A stretch of 64,000 nucleotides of DNA from the human T2T-CHM13v2.0 reference genome, Homo sapiens: assembly GCF_009914755.1 (NCBI RefSeq), contig NC_060945.1. One strand, given 5' to 3'. The position numbers and the translations under genes were made by a program. Positions 43,528 to 57,143 of the stretch are shown piece after piece. Every line of letters starts with the position of its first letter. The first letter of the stretch is position 1. Under the pieces are notes generated by a model. The model was not told where the DNA came from. It was given only the letters and a program-made list of their open reading frames with translations, and ran no database searches.

Positions 43528-45664
43528 CCCAAGTTAAATGTGAGTGAGATCCTATCAGACAGCCTGGCAGAGTTGAAGAGGGTTGACATAGGACTCTGGT
43601 TTCAGGGAAGAGATCCAACCTGGAGATTATGCTTTTGGATTCATCATTTACCAGGGCAATTGTGCTGGTGGACCTCTGGGGCATTCTTGAGTGACTTCTC
43701 TTAGTTTATGATGATGATAGTCGTATTGATGGAAGGTGTGAAAGCCAAAATTCACCTTGTACTTATAATGTGCCAGGCACTGATCTGAGTGCTTTGTGTG
43801 CACAATCTGATTGACTCCACACAATTCCTTAATATCCCATTTTTGCAGCTTAAGGAAACTGAAGCATCAAAAGGTAAGTGTCACGACTCATTTTTAGAGA
43901 AGCATTTCATTGTGGGGATGCTGGCAGTAGCCTACTCTGCAATAGCACACTGGGCTGCCTTTGCACACGAGTCTTTATGCCTGAGGAACCCTTTCTTCCT
44001 CAGCCATTGCATTGTGCACGTTCAACAGCTGGGTGTTGTGAAAGAATAATGCTGGACACGAACTCTGGGGACACGGGTTCAAGTCCAGTCTGTTATTTAT
44101 GGGACACTTTGTTTTGGGAACATGAACATATAGAGTTCACAGGATGTCTTCCAGGCAAAGTTGATCCATGTCTGCCGTCTTTGCTTTGCCATCCGTTCCT
44201 TCTCCAGTTACCAGACGGCTTCTGCCAGCCTAACCCCTTCTAGCCAACTCTCATTTCCTGGCTGTGCCAGCCTGATTACTTCTAATTGTCTTTGACTGCT
44301 TCCAGCTGGGTCTAGAAGCTGGCGTTCTGTGGGAGCACAGAGGCAGTCTCCCAGCCATATGGGGCGAGGAGATGGGGAAGGAAAAGGGAAGGAAGGAAGC
44401 AGCTGGTACGAGTCAACTGAGAAAGCTTCCCAAGGCTTCACAGCCCACTGGGATTGCTCCTGTTTCTGAAAGGGTTAACTCATCCAAGTTAGAGAATGAT
44501 CCATCTTCGACAAGACAAACAATTATATTTGTTGATCCCCAAAGGCAACCAACAATGCACCTAAAAATGCTTTTAGAAAGTCACTGGTAACTTGTCTCCC
44601 CCAGGACTTGATGGGGTCTTGCTCTCAGGAGCAGTAAAACCCCACTTGAGAATCAGTGAATGATTACTTTCATTCATTTATTCAACAGATATTTACTGAA
44701 CAATGATCATGTCTCAGACACCGTGCTAGGTACTGTAGGGCAAATAATGAAATTAGACACAGCTCCTGTCCTCAATAAGTCTAAAAGAGAAGAAAGTCAT
44801 AGATAATAAGTACTACAGGACATAAGAGGAACGTGAAATGACTATATGAACTAAGAGACAACAGAGGGAGATGGGCTTCTTGCAGCTTATTGGTTGGGGA
44901 GGTCTTCATGGGAAAGGGAACACCTGTGCTAGGTGGAAATGAGTCGGAGACAGCAGACTGGGGGCGGGCAAGGCACAGGCAAAGGTGTGGCAGTAGGGAG
45001 GCCGGATCCCGGCCAGCACCACCCCCTACCCGGGAACTCCGCAGGAGGATAAGGCTAGAAATTAGTTTGGGCTAATTAGCAGAGAATTTTCAAGGCTGCA
45101 TTACTGTTGCATTGAATAATCAGATGCTTTCTGCACACTGAATATGAGGGCAATATATTGTGTACTAATTTGTTTTACATAAAGACATTTCTGGGGTGAT
45201 TTCTTGTTAAACAGGCCATTTCAGAGACTAGGACTTGTAGTTCCAAAACCAGTTACAAAGGGGACGCACGGATAGGATTTGGACTTCTCTTTGGCATCCA
45301 TCCCAGCTTATGGAATTAGCAGTGAACTTGAATCAAACCCAGGCAGCAGGCTTGAAAAAGATTTAATGGGCCTGGATTTTCTCTCTTCTTCACCCCTTTC
45401 CTGACCTCTACCCTGAGAGGATAATTAAAAGGAAAGAAAATCTCTATTTCATTGTAAATGTCATCCACCATTTTTATGAAACTTTTTTTTTTTAGACCAT
45501 AAAAATACTTTGGGGAACAGTCTCAGAAATTTCCCTTAAACCTTAATAAATAAATCTCTAAATTTTCATAAAGAGTGCATGTCCTAACATTAAAAAAAAT
45601 CATACTCTATTAACACAACATTGGGTGGACTCCCAAACTGTTTCTGATGGAAGATTCAGAGTGG

Positions 45665-45959
45665 TTTTTTTTTTTTTTTTGAGAAGGAGTCTTGCTCTGT
45701 CGCCCAGGCTGGAGTGCAGTGGCAAGATTTCAGCTCACTGCAACTTTCGCCTCCTGGATTCAAGCAATTCTCTGCCTCAGCCTCCCGAGTAGCTGGGATT
45801 ACAGGCGCCCGCCACCACGCCCGGCTAATTTTTGTATTTCTAGTAGAGACAGGGTTTCACCATCTTGACCAGGCTGGTCTTGAACTCCTGACCTCGTGAT
45901 CTACCTGCCTCGGCCTCCCAAAGTGCTAGGATTACAGGCGTGAGCCACCGCGCCCGGCC
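45665..45959 (-). mobile_element. Alu (AluS-like)
   Basis: TSD TCAGAGTGGTTTT. Confidence 0.95.
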
Positions 45960-46889
45960 TCAGAGTGGTTTTTACCCCAAAGTGAGCTCCATATTCCTCA
46001 TTCTTTAGACAGTTGCTGGACATCTATTCTGCTGGCACCACGCTAGTTACCATTCCCCTCCCATGCAACTGTCCTGTTAAGATTTGATTACTGAATTAGA
46101 GACATTAAAAGGATTGAATGAACGTTACTGAAATAGTCAAGGCCGGTGGGAGCAAAGAAGTCCCTTCAGCACAGCAAGAAAAACATTTTAAGCTGTATCT
46201 TTAATATTGGTAAACGGGAACAATGAGACAGAACAACAGAAAACGCAGTATGTTCCGTCATAATAACTGAGGCTGGTGACTTGTAACAGGTAGGTGGATG
46301 AATATAGTAGCGTATTTAAAATTAGATGTATTGAAAGCAGGCATTTCTCTGCGTCCCTCTTCAGATGGGTCAGCGAGACCCCCAGACACTGGATTGATGA
46401 CAGCTGTTGTTCCCCCACCCCCCACTCCCAATCTCAAAGCATTGCTATGGGTCGATGTCATACTTGTTTACTCAGGAATAAACAATGAAAGGAACTTTGT
46501 TAGGACCAAATCCTTCCTTTCAGCTCTGATGTTGCATGATCGGGGTGAAGTTTCCATCAAATGCGGGCACCTCAACAGGTAGCATTTTGTAAATGCCTCC
46601 TCCTACCTACCCTCCTCCTTCTCCCTCACAAGATTCTTCATTTTCGGTTTGAGAAGACGTTGGGGATCCTGGGAGAGGGTCCAGTGTCGTCAGGGCAGTT
46701 GCAATTGTTTATGCGATGAGCACAGTCACAGCGCTTGCAGAACAAAAGCATCGAAGAGAGGCGAGCGCCGGTCCACCTCCTGCAATCACAGGCATCATTT
46801 CAATGGAAGGCAAAGAAGGTGTAAGCTACAAGCAGAGGCAGCAAACGCCCTGGTTCCTACATTGCTGCTGCTACTATTACTGCTGTGGC

Positions 46890-48720
46890 TGCGCCTCCTC
46901 CAACACAGCCAACCAGGCTGCGTGCGAGCCCGGGCAGACGCCTGGCCGCCTCCCCACCCTTTCTTCCAGCCATCCATCTATCCTTCCACCCCCGGTCCAG
47001 GGGGCCCTACTGTGTGGCGGACTCAGGGCCGGGCACGCAACCCGACTCACAGTCCACGGAGTTCGAGAGCCTTCCCCCTTCCCCCCGCCCCGGGTGGGTG
47101 CGGCCAGTGGGGGATTTCACCGCCGAAAGGTCCAGAAAACCCAAGCCCAGAATCCGGGCAAGAGGCGCAGCCGGAGGCGGCCCGACCTGGGCGGCCCGGG
47201 AGCGCGCGCCTCCGAGGCCGCGCAGGTTCTCCCTGTCTGGCGCTCAGGTGGCTTCTCCGTCCACTCCGCCGCTCCCCTCCCCGGGCCCTCCCCTCTCCAG
47301 CGAGGGTCGAGTTTGACTGTGGCGCGCGGGGAAGGAGGGGCTACTAGGGATTTGAAAGTGCACGGGCTGCGGAGTGGAGCTCGCATCTGTTCCCGCCGCC
47401 CGCGAGCGGATTAAATTTCTGCAAATTCAAACTGAATGGGGCTTTCTTCTGCTGCCTTCCAGAGGGCGCCGGCAGCCCGCCGCGCGCTTCTCTCCGGCGG
47501 GAGCGGCCGCCCAGCGCACGGCTAGGAGCGATCGCGGGAGCCCGACCCAAGCCCGTGCGGGCCAGACGGCGGCGGCGAGGCGGAGGCTGCGGAGGCACCC
47601 GGGCTCCCGGACCCAGGCACCCGGACCCCGGGACCCAGGCGCCGCCGGACCGCGCCCCACCCCGCGCGCCCGAGCAGGGCGACTGTCATTAGCTTCCTGG
47701 ACGGGACCCGGGGCGGGATCCTGGTGTCCTGAAAGGGGCCCGGGCGACCCTAAGAGGAAGAACTTTTGGGGGCGGGGTCCCCGGTCCCGCGTCCCCTGGG
47801 CAGCCGCTATTGTCTGCGCGCCTCGCTGGGCGGCGCGGGGGGCGTGATCGCGGCGGCCCCGGGCTCTGGGTGCGGAGACCCAGGCGGGGCTGGGCCCAGG
47901 GCGGCGGCGGGAGAAGCCGGGGAAGCCGAAGAGCCTGGGGAGGAGGAGCTGCGAGCGCGGGAGACGAGCAGGAGCCGCGCGGGCCGCGGGCGAGCGCGAT
48001 GCCGGCGGCGGCGGGGGACGGGCTCCTGGGGGAGCCGGCGGCGCCTGGGGGCGGCGGCGGCGCGGAGGACGCGGCCAGGCCCGCGGCGGCCTGCGAGGGA
48101 AGTTTCCTGCCTGCCTGGGTGAGCGGCGTGCCCCGCGAGCGGCTCCGCGACTTCCAGCACCACAAGCGCGTGGGCAACTACCTCATCGGCAGCAGGAAGC
48201 TGGGCGAGGGCTCCTTTGCCAAGGTGCGCGAGGGGCTGCACGTGCTGACCGGGGAGAAGGTGAGTCTCCCGGGCGCCGTGGGGCTGGGGCACAGGGGCGG
48301 GAGTCGGCGGCCAGGACCCCGCGGGGAGCACTGCACTGGGAGTCCCAGTGTGCAGTCCCGGGCCAAGCGCCTTCCCCCTCCGCCCGGCTTTCCTGTTGGG
48401 TTAAAACGCGCGCTCAGCATCTCGCAGCCTTTCCCGAAGGGCGGCCTGCGGTCCGCTGCCCGGGGGCTGGGGGCTTGGGAGGGGACGGCCTTGCCCCGGG
48501 AAGCGTCCCGCGCGGCCGTTCTGCTCGTGGAAGGGCGCCGCCTGGCGGACACTAGCGCGGGGGGCGGGATGGGGCCCCTCTGCCCTTCAGGCCGGCAGGG
48601 GCGGCGGATCCGTGGCGAGGCGGGAACCAGGGCTAGAGGAGGTGGGCTCTTATGTCGGGGGGCGGGGGGGGCAGGAAAGCTAACAGCCAGCCTCTGGGGG
48701 GAGCTTAGAGTCTGATCCCC
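46890..48720. promoter_or_regulatory. CpG island, HUNK promoter and 5'UTR
   Basis: Very GC- and CpG-rich, repeat-free. GC boxes GGGCGG at 47711 and 47770. No TATA box seen. TSS cannot be fixed from sequence. Confidence 0.9.
47999..48259 (+). CDS. HUNK: HUNK first coding exon (87 codons; N-terminus and start of kinase domain)
   Basis: Translates MPAAAGDGLLGEPAAPGGGGGAEDAARPAAACEGSFLPAWVSGVPRERLRDFQHHKRVGNYLIGSRKLGEGSFAKVREGLHVLTGEK, recognised as the HUNK N-terminus. Contains Gly-rich loop GEGSFAKV. Ends in phase 0 at AAG|GTGAGT. Confidence 0.97.
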
Positions 48721-49887
48721 GTCCTGGGCTCTCGGAGGAGGTGGGAGAAGGCTGAGATCCTGCATTCCTTCCCACCTGTGGGCTCCGGCAGCTAGGGAAT
48801 GTTTTTTGGCAGTTAGGGAATTTTTCGTGCTCAGAGGAGGGTTTTTGCCTCCGCCCTCCACTTGTCCATCCCTCAACCTGTGCTCCTCTCTATCCACTCA
48901 ACCCTCCCACCCCTGCCCCCTCATCACCCACCATTCTCATCCCCGCCATTCTCATCCCCTTCTCTCCGTTCCCCCAGCTCCTCTGTGCCCTCCAGCCTCA
49001 GGGTGGGAGCTGCAGTGAAGACCCTGCTACTGGCAGGAACAGAACTACAGATACCTCCCCCCAGAGACTGGGAGATGCCTTCTTATCTTTCTAGAAGAGG
49101 GGAAAGGAAAGGGGACCTCCGCGAGACCAAAAGGGGCACCTCTCCAGCCTTGTTGGAAGTTAGATGGTTGTGAACCCTTGCCAGGCGAGGGGCAGGTAAG
49201 ATGGAAGGTGTAACTTAGAGCTGTGAGAAGAAACCCAAGAGCTTGGTGACTCGCTTTTGAGGCCGGGTCACCCCAGGCTGGAGCTGCCCGAGCTCAGAGC
49301 CAATCCAGGCTGGAGCTGTCCCAAGCTCCTGTCATCTCGGGCTCAAGACTGCCCCCAGGCTGGGGGTGGCTCAAACCTGGAGGGGGACCAGCTCCTTTGT
49401 GTGGTCCGTGGGTCAGGGAGGCGTCAGCCGCAAGGAGGGAAGGCGGAGTTCACTTCCCAACCGAGCAGGTGGCCTGGGAGCCGAGCCCTCTGCCTTCCGA
49501 CCTGGGGGCCTCTGCCCAGCCTGGGGCTGCCCTGTGAAACCCCTGGTCACAGGGCCAACCTGCCCTTCCTGCCTGTCTCTAGCCTCACCCCACCTGTGGT
49601 TCCCTCCCCACCCCATTTCCCCTCTTTGTCTTGGAGCCTTTTGCCTGTGAATGCAGGTCTCCGTCACCCTTGTCATTTTCCCTGTGTTCCCTACAGCCGT
49701 TTTGAGTGAGGCACCGCTTTATTATGGGTATGTGGGGATAGAGTGAGTAGTTTTTAGAAGTGCCTCCTGCCTGAATTCCCATGCAAAAAAGGAGCGTTCA
49801 GTATGAACTTGAGTAAGTCTTCAAAGAAAAAGGAAAAACCTCCAAACCTCGTTCTAGTCCGCAGGGAGCGAGGCACACTTACACTCC

Positions 49888-49910
49888 TCGATTCGATTCG
49901 ATTCGATTCG
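49888..49910. repeat. (ATTCG)n pentanucleotide repeat
   Basis: TCG followed by (ATTCG)4. Confidence 0.9.
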
Positions 49911-51142
49911 TAGTGAGCTGTCTGACTTCCACACTGCGGGTCCGTTCAGGGCGCGAGGATGCGGCTAATTAGAGTGAGCTCTCTTCTTCTGGCCCTGTGT
50001 AAATTCCTGTTGGCACTGGCGATGGAAGTTTATTTTCATTGGAAACGTATAGGATTCAGGCTGGTTGTGCATATTTCCTCTCTAAACATAACGGAAAGAA
50101 GCGAGTCTTTATGCTCACAACGTCATGGCAAACACTGCAAGTACATTCTTCTCGCCTGCCCTGGTGCACAGACTTCTTTTCTGGCTGCTCTCCACCTTGC
50201 TGTGTTGTGCTGTGCCTCTGGCTCTGTAGCGGCGCATTTTTGCACCATAAAACTCTTGGCTTTGGCTGAACTGCCTGGGGGTGGATTCAGAGCTCAGCCA
50301 GCGCTTGGGTTCTGGAGCTCTGTGCTGGGCCCACTGGGAACCCCGACATGCAGGGAATTCTTGCCCAAATAGGATTCACATGAAGAGACTCGCTGCTTCC
50401 CCAGATGCCCACTCCCCTTCCCTCCCATCTTATGTTTCTTAAATGATGAATCTCACTTCATTGTTGCAATGACAGGAGATGTTAATTGGATGTAAAATTA
50501 TTCCCCTGGACCCATTGGTGGACTGCGGGTAAGGATGGTGGTTCTTTGGGTGGAGAAGGAGGCAGGGGAGAGATGTCTGTGTTGAAAAACTTGGTTTTCC
50601 CGGGATGCTCCTCCCCAGCGGGGAGAATCAGTGCTCCAGGGATTGCGGGCATTGGGAGAAATCTGGATTTTAGTTCACTCAATTGCTGGCTTTAAAGAAA
50701 CAATGGTGTCATTCATAGCATTTATCTCCCAAATCCAGCACCTTTAATGCTTAACTAATAGATTTGGGTTTTAGCAGATTGTGGGGATTAAAATGGTTGT
50801 GTGTGTATGCTTGACTCTGAGAAAGATTGCTAAATTAAAATGAGTCCTCATTCCCACTCTAGTTTTGGGTATTGCCTAACTAAGGCCAAAACAAAGATGA
50901 CCACAGCCTCAGGCTATTTACAACCTGAAGTTCTTTTAAAAGGTGAGCTACTAAGATGATTTTGGCCTGGGGAAAGTTTCCTCCAGTGAGCAGAGCTGAG
51001 GAAAAGGAGGTCATTAAGCCTCCAGTGTCCCCCACTGTGGGTGACCCAGGGAGGCCTCTCTCCCTCATTAATTCCTCTTTTCTTGGGTTGTGTACATTTT
51101 GGATTTAGAATTTCACTTTTCTCCTGTCCTATCTATTTATTT

Positions 51143-51284
<142 letters not shown>

Positions 51285-52275
51285 TAAAGGATCCATTCCA
51301 CATTAGGCGGGGAATGAAGTCATTAATACTGTAGTGAGAAGTACTCCCAGCCCACGTGGAGTGAAAGGATTCAGGGCAGCTTGTCTTGGGAAATCAGTCC
51401 ATGAAAAAGCTGAAAGAGGGCATAGGGAAACAGAAGTTGAGAGGGCACCCCAAGTTTGGCCTGCTTCATAGCTGCATTCTCAAACTGTGAGAATTAGTTT
51501 TGGGTGATTTGTGCTAAAATCTAGGGCATTGCTGGTTGAAGGCATTTGGTATGGGGGGGTGTGTGTGTGTGTAGCGTGTTGTGTTTCGACTTGGTTACAC
51601 TTCCAAAAAGCTTTGGGTGAAATCCTTCATGGTTTGCTGGGAATCACTGTCTGAGTCCAGATGACAAAGGGAGCCAGTTTTTCCCAACTTTCCTTTTAGG
51701 TTTCAATTTGATCTCATCAAGAGGCTGCTTTTGCCACCACTGCCTGTAGGACAATCTTTTGCCTGCTTTTCCTCTGAAGTTGTTTGTTTAGAAGCCATTT
51801 GAATCTAGATGGCTCTTTTACTGCTTGTAAAGGAAAGATGGCTTGCGGCTGAGACCTAATTGTGTCCTCCTTTGAGTTAATGCAATCTCTGTTAATCTGG
51901 CTTTAAAAATAAATAGTTCACTTGGCCATGTGAAACTCTTAATAGGTACCTTCACAGTCAGGGCTGAGTGTCTTTGACCAAAGTTGATGATTAGACCAGG
52001 GAAAATGATCACAAAACCAGATTCTGAAAAGTACCACTCTCTGGCTTTGAGACGAAGAGCAAAGCTGTTGAGCAACAGTATGGGGTAATGACTTTGAAAC
52101 ACCTGGAGTGGTTGTGCTTGCAGAGCCTGGTATTGATTTGTGATACCTATGAGAGGCGTGGTCTCTGGCACATAACAAGTGCCCCCCGCCCTGGCCCCCA
52201 ACCAGACAGAGTGACTTGGGGGCTGCTGCATGATCAGATAATATCATCTGTCGACAGAATAAGGAAAGTGACTTA

Positions 52276-52615
<340 letters not shown>

Positions 52616-52776
52616 TTAAATTTCCATAAACGTTAAACTTTAAATGAAGCAACTTAGAAACCACGTATAATGTTTCTAATACAGACATTATAAATAATGT
52701 TTGTAAGGAATCAGTAAAACAATGGTCCTTTATCATCAGCAATATATTTGGATAATTCCTTAGAAGTTTGGTTTAG

Positions 52777-52987
52777 TGGCTGGACGCGGTGGCTCATGCC
52801 TGTAATCCCAGCACTTTGGGAGGCCGAAGTGGGTGGATCATTTGAGGTCAGGAGTTTGAGACCAGCCTGGCCAACATGGAGAAACCCCATCTCTACTAAA
52901 AACACAAAAATTAGCTGGGTGTGGTGGTGCACACCTGTAGTCCCAGCTACTTGGGTGGCTGACACATGAGAATTGCTTGAACCCTGG
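52777..52987 (+). mobile_element. Alu, 3'-truncated
   Basis: Stops after GCTTGAACCCTGG; no tail. Confidence 0.92.
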
Positions 52988-54617
52988 TGATGGTTCGTGA
53001 TACCTACAAGAGGCATGGTCTCTGGCACATGACAGGTTATTGTGTTTTGTAAAAAATTGATAAAAGTTGAAAAAATATAGTTGGAAAAGCTGAATCGAGA
53101 AAAGAGTAGGTGTATCTCAGGTATTGAGCCAGTGTTGTAGGCAGGCAAACTACAGAACAAGAACAGACAGTCCATGCCACTGTTACCTTTTTTGTGATTG
53201 AGTCTCACTGAGATACAAAGTTGAGTACATAAAATGATTGGTTAAGATGTTGAAATATCTTGTTCTAACCCTTGGTTAAAGAATAATAAGCCGGCTTGTC
53301 ACTTCCATCAGAACTATTTTTAGGCTAAGAGTAAGGGTTGCCTGCTTACTAAGTTGCCAGTAATCATGCTTAGAGCATGACAGTGCCAGATACCTGGAGT
53401 GAAGGAGTTACTAAAAATACGATTTACTATGTTTTGCAGAGCAAGAAATATGACTAATTTTAGAGGTGGCCTTTTGGCAGATCTGTTTTTAGCAAGTATT
53501 TCTGAAACAAACAGGTGCTAAATCCTGTATTTTTGAAGTGCTAGAAGTTTAGGGGTAATCGCTCTGAGGAACAAGAAATGCTTAGAGAACTGGAAATTCC
53601 TATTAATCCTTGGCAGGGACTTCTTGGCAAGAAGGAGGCATTTGCAAAGCACCTGCTTGGTGAGCCCTGTGTGACAAGGCAGTGCCTGTAATTTCGAGGA
53701 TTGCATTCTGCAGTTGCAGGCGGATTCTTTTGAACTTCCTGCCCTGCCTCATCTTTTTGAAGTACTTGTGAATGATGGAAATTGGCACGTAGGGCCTGGT
53801 TCCTAGTGTTCATTGATACAGGTCCCATGGACTTCAAAGGGTGCTTTGAGTCAGCGCAACAGTGCAGAAACGGTGCCCACGGAGAGGAGTACAACCCTAC
53901 ATTTTCTCTGCAGGTGTTGAGTCACGGCTATAGCTACCCGTGCATACCAATCCGACTCAGGTCTGTGAGACTATAGAATTCTGCATGCTGCCAGCTATTG
54001 GAGGTCAGCGCGGCAATCATCTGTCCCAGGGTTTATCTGCCCAGAAGGGGTGGGGAGTGGCAGCCATGTGCCCCCGAAGAGAGGGACAGGTTGGGGTGTT
54101 CTCCATGGGAAGGAGGCTTGGGCACAGGGTTATCATTTGCCTTGGGACATATATTCCCTCTGTCGATTATTTATGGTAACGGAGAGACCTGCTCTCTTGG
54201 CTAATTGAAACCCGTAGATAATCCCCAGGCCTTATGTTAGCTGATGGGTGAAACTTCTTTCTCTACTCAGCCCTGGTCTAAGTACTGACCTGAATTGAAT
54301 TTCACGCTTTCTGATAGGAGGTGCCACTGGGTGGTACGATGACCAGCAGGAAAGAGCTAGAAACACAGGGACTGAATAGTCCCCGAGGAGGGGGATGCCT
54401 CTGTGAATTCGAGACAGCTGTTCCCTCTCCTCCATCACCAGCACCAGCCCAGTGCTACAGTGTTTTACGGTTTTTTTCAGGGTGCCCCTCCCGTGCACAT
54501 TCTTGTTAGATGCCTGCAGCAGCCCTGGTGGAGGGGGTAACAGCCAGCTTGCTGGTGTTCTTGCCTGCCTTGATTACGTAGAAGGGTGCCCTGAGTAGAT
54601 CTTCTCTCTGACATTCT

Positions 54618-55080
54618 CTATGAGTTTGCTAGGATGGTTCTAACAAATTACCACACACTGTGTGGCTTCAACAACAGAAATTTATTCTGTCACAGTTCTG
54701 GAGGCTAGGATCCAAAACCAAGGTGTTGGCAGGGCCATGCTCCCTCTGCAGCCACAGGGAGAATCCTTCCTTGCCTCTTACTAGCTTCCGGTGGTGGCCA
54801 GCACTCTTTGGCATTTTCTGGCTTATGACTGCAGCGCTCTGTCTCTGCGTCTGTCTTCACACAGTGTTCCTCCCTCTGAGTGTCTCTTCTGTCTCTTAAT
54901 CTTTTCCTATGTCTCTTTATAAGGACACCAGTCATGGGATGTAGGTCTACCCTAATCCAGTGTTGCCTCATTTTAACTCGATGACATCTACAAAGTCCCT
55001 ATTTTCAAAGAAGATCATATCCACAGGTACCAACGGGACTTGAAGGTATCTTTTGGGGGAGCATAGTTCAAGCTCCAGCA
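54618..55080 (-). mobile_element. MLT1C-like LTR
   Basis: TAACAAATTACCAC..TGGCTTCAACAACAGAAATTTATTC..ATAAGGACACCAGTCAT. Confidence 0.85.
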
Positions 55081-55641
55081 CCTTTTTAGACTGTCAGTAT
55101 TGGGTTGTGGCAAGCGGATCTTGGGAAGGAGATGAATGTGCTTTTAGGGATTACTCTCAGAACTGACCTCTGCAAGGGAAGGGGCAAAGCAGCACTGGGC
55201 AGAGGGAGAAGCTGGGCTCCAATACCGCTCTCAGCCAAAGCCCCTGCCCATGCCGTGGTGAGTGCTGGAGCTGAGCTGGCCCTTCAGAGCTGACCAACTT
55301 GGGTTGAGAGGACTGGGATTTATATTTCCGCATCGGCCAGTCCTTGATGGGGGCTGCCCAGGCAAGGGGCATGGCCTCGTACGGGACAGTTGCTGAGGGC
55401 GGTTCCTGGGGAGAGCTCACAGCTGAGAGCCTGCAGCTGGGGGAGTCAGTTCTTCAGCACTGATGGGGAATCTGGGGGTGCAGCCCAGCATTTGCTGTTT
55501 ACTGAAAGAGACAGGGTCAGAGTCCAGGGCTTTTCATCTGAGTCCATACCATATGGACCGTAGACAACGTGGGCATCTTTTCCATGCCCATTTTGGATAT
55601 GAGTGGTCATCATTTCCATGTGTTGGTATCAAGTCCTCTCA

Positions 55642-55997
<356 letters not shown>

Positions 55998-56855
55998 TTA
56001 TTGCTGCTAAATATAGTCCCCGTAGCAAACATTAGCATTTAGTCCTTCTATCTATGTATGTTTGTACCCATGAACCAGCTTCTCTTCAGCCTGCCCTACC
56101 TTGCTGCTCGACTGTGGTCTCTCTCCCTGCAATGAGGGAGCAGCCGGCGTGGCATCTCATTAGCAGATTCTATGTGCCACACGCTGGGGAATTTTCTGGC
56201 CTCACATTTCTCTTAGGTTAGAATCATCAGGGCTCTGTTGTGTTTCTCAGTACTTACAAGATTGAAAGCTCACTTTATATGTATGCTCTATGGGTTTTTT
56301 CCTGAGAACTCTGGGGCAACTGAGTGTTGGGCCAAGTTGTGGGCCAGCATGCCTACTTCAGAGACGGTGGCACTTTCCTGGGAAGAGACCCCCCCTCCCC
56401 CATCACTCGTGAGTGGTGGGAAAAGTTGTTGAAGGAGTTGTGGGAATTTGGATTTTTGATGAGTAGAGTAACAGTTTGGGACATTCTCATGGACAAAAAA
56501 AACTACTCAGGGTAGAGCCATCTGTTAACATCCTCTTAGCACTCTTACGGTGGCCACTGTGCCCTAGCTATGCAACTTCTAATCACTGGGTTCTTTTTGG
56601 TTTTTAATCATCTTTGTGTTTTCAAGATGCATTTGGTTAAGTTTTGGAATTGGTAATACAGACACATGGTCTGAAATTCAAAGGTTCTGAGAGGGTTTGC
56701 AGTGAGAGGTAACTGCTTCTTATCTGGACTCTTCAGTTCCTGGATCTTCTCGTGAGAGGTCACTCCTCCTTCTAGTCCTTGTGTATCCCTCCAGAGATAC
56801 CCTATATGCATAGAGACCCACATACATATTTGTAAATGCGTAGGTAGGGGCAGAT

Positions 56856-57143
56856 TTTTCTTCTTTATTGATACATAATATTTTACATATTTATGGGGTA
56901 CATGTGAGTGTTCCATGCATGGAGTGTGTAATGATCAAGCCAGAGTATCGGCGTGTCCATCACCTAAGTATTCATTTCCACGGGTTGGTATTATATCAAG
57001 TCCTCTGTTCTAGTTACCTTGAAATATACAAAGTATTGCTACTAAGTATAGTCACCCTAACAGACATTAGAATTTAGTTCTTCTATCTATGTATGTTTGT
57101 ACCCATGAACCAGCTTCTCTTCATCCATCCCTCCCACCCACCA
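56856..57143 (-). mobile_element. L1MA-like 3' end nested in older L1ME-like sequence (about 56590-57880)
   Basis: TTTATTGATACATAATATTTTACATATTTATGGGGTACATG; TSD GGGCAGAT at 56848 and 57144. Confidence 0.82.

Noticed and set aside
47810-48715. 301-aa ORF as a complete protein
   Set aside because: Only 47999-48259 is HUNK. The rest is 5'UTR and read-through past a perfect splice donor.
46649-48897. Many long overlapping ORFs on both strands
   Set aside because: Stop-codon scarcity in a CpG island; low-complexity Arg/Gly/Pro/Ala translations with no recognisable domain.
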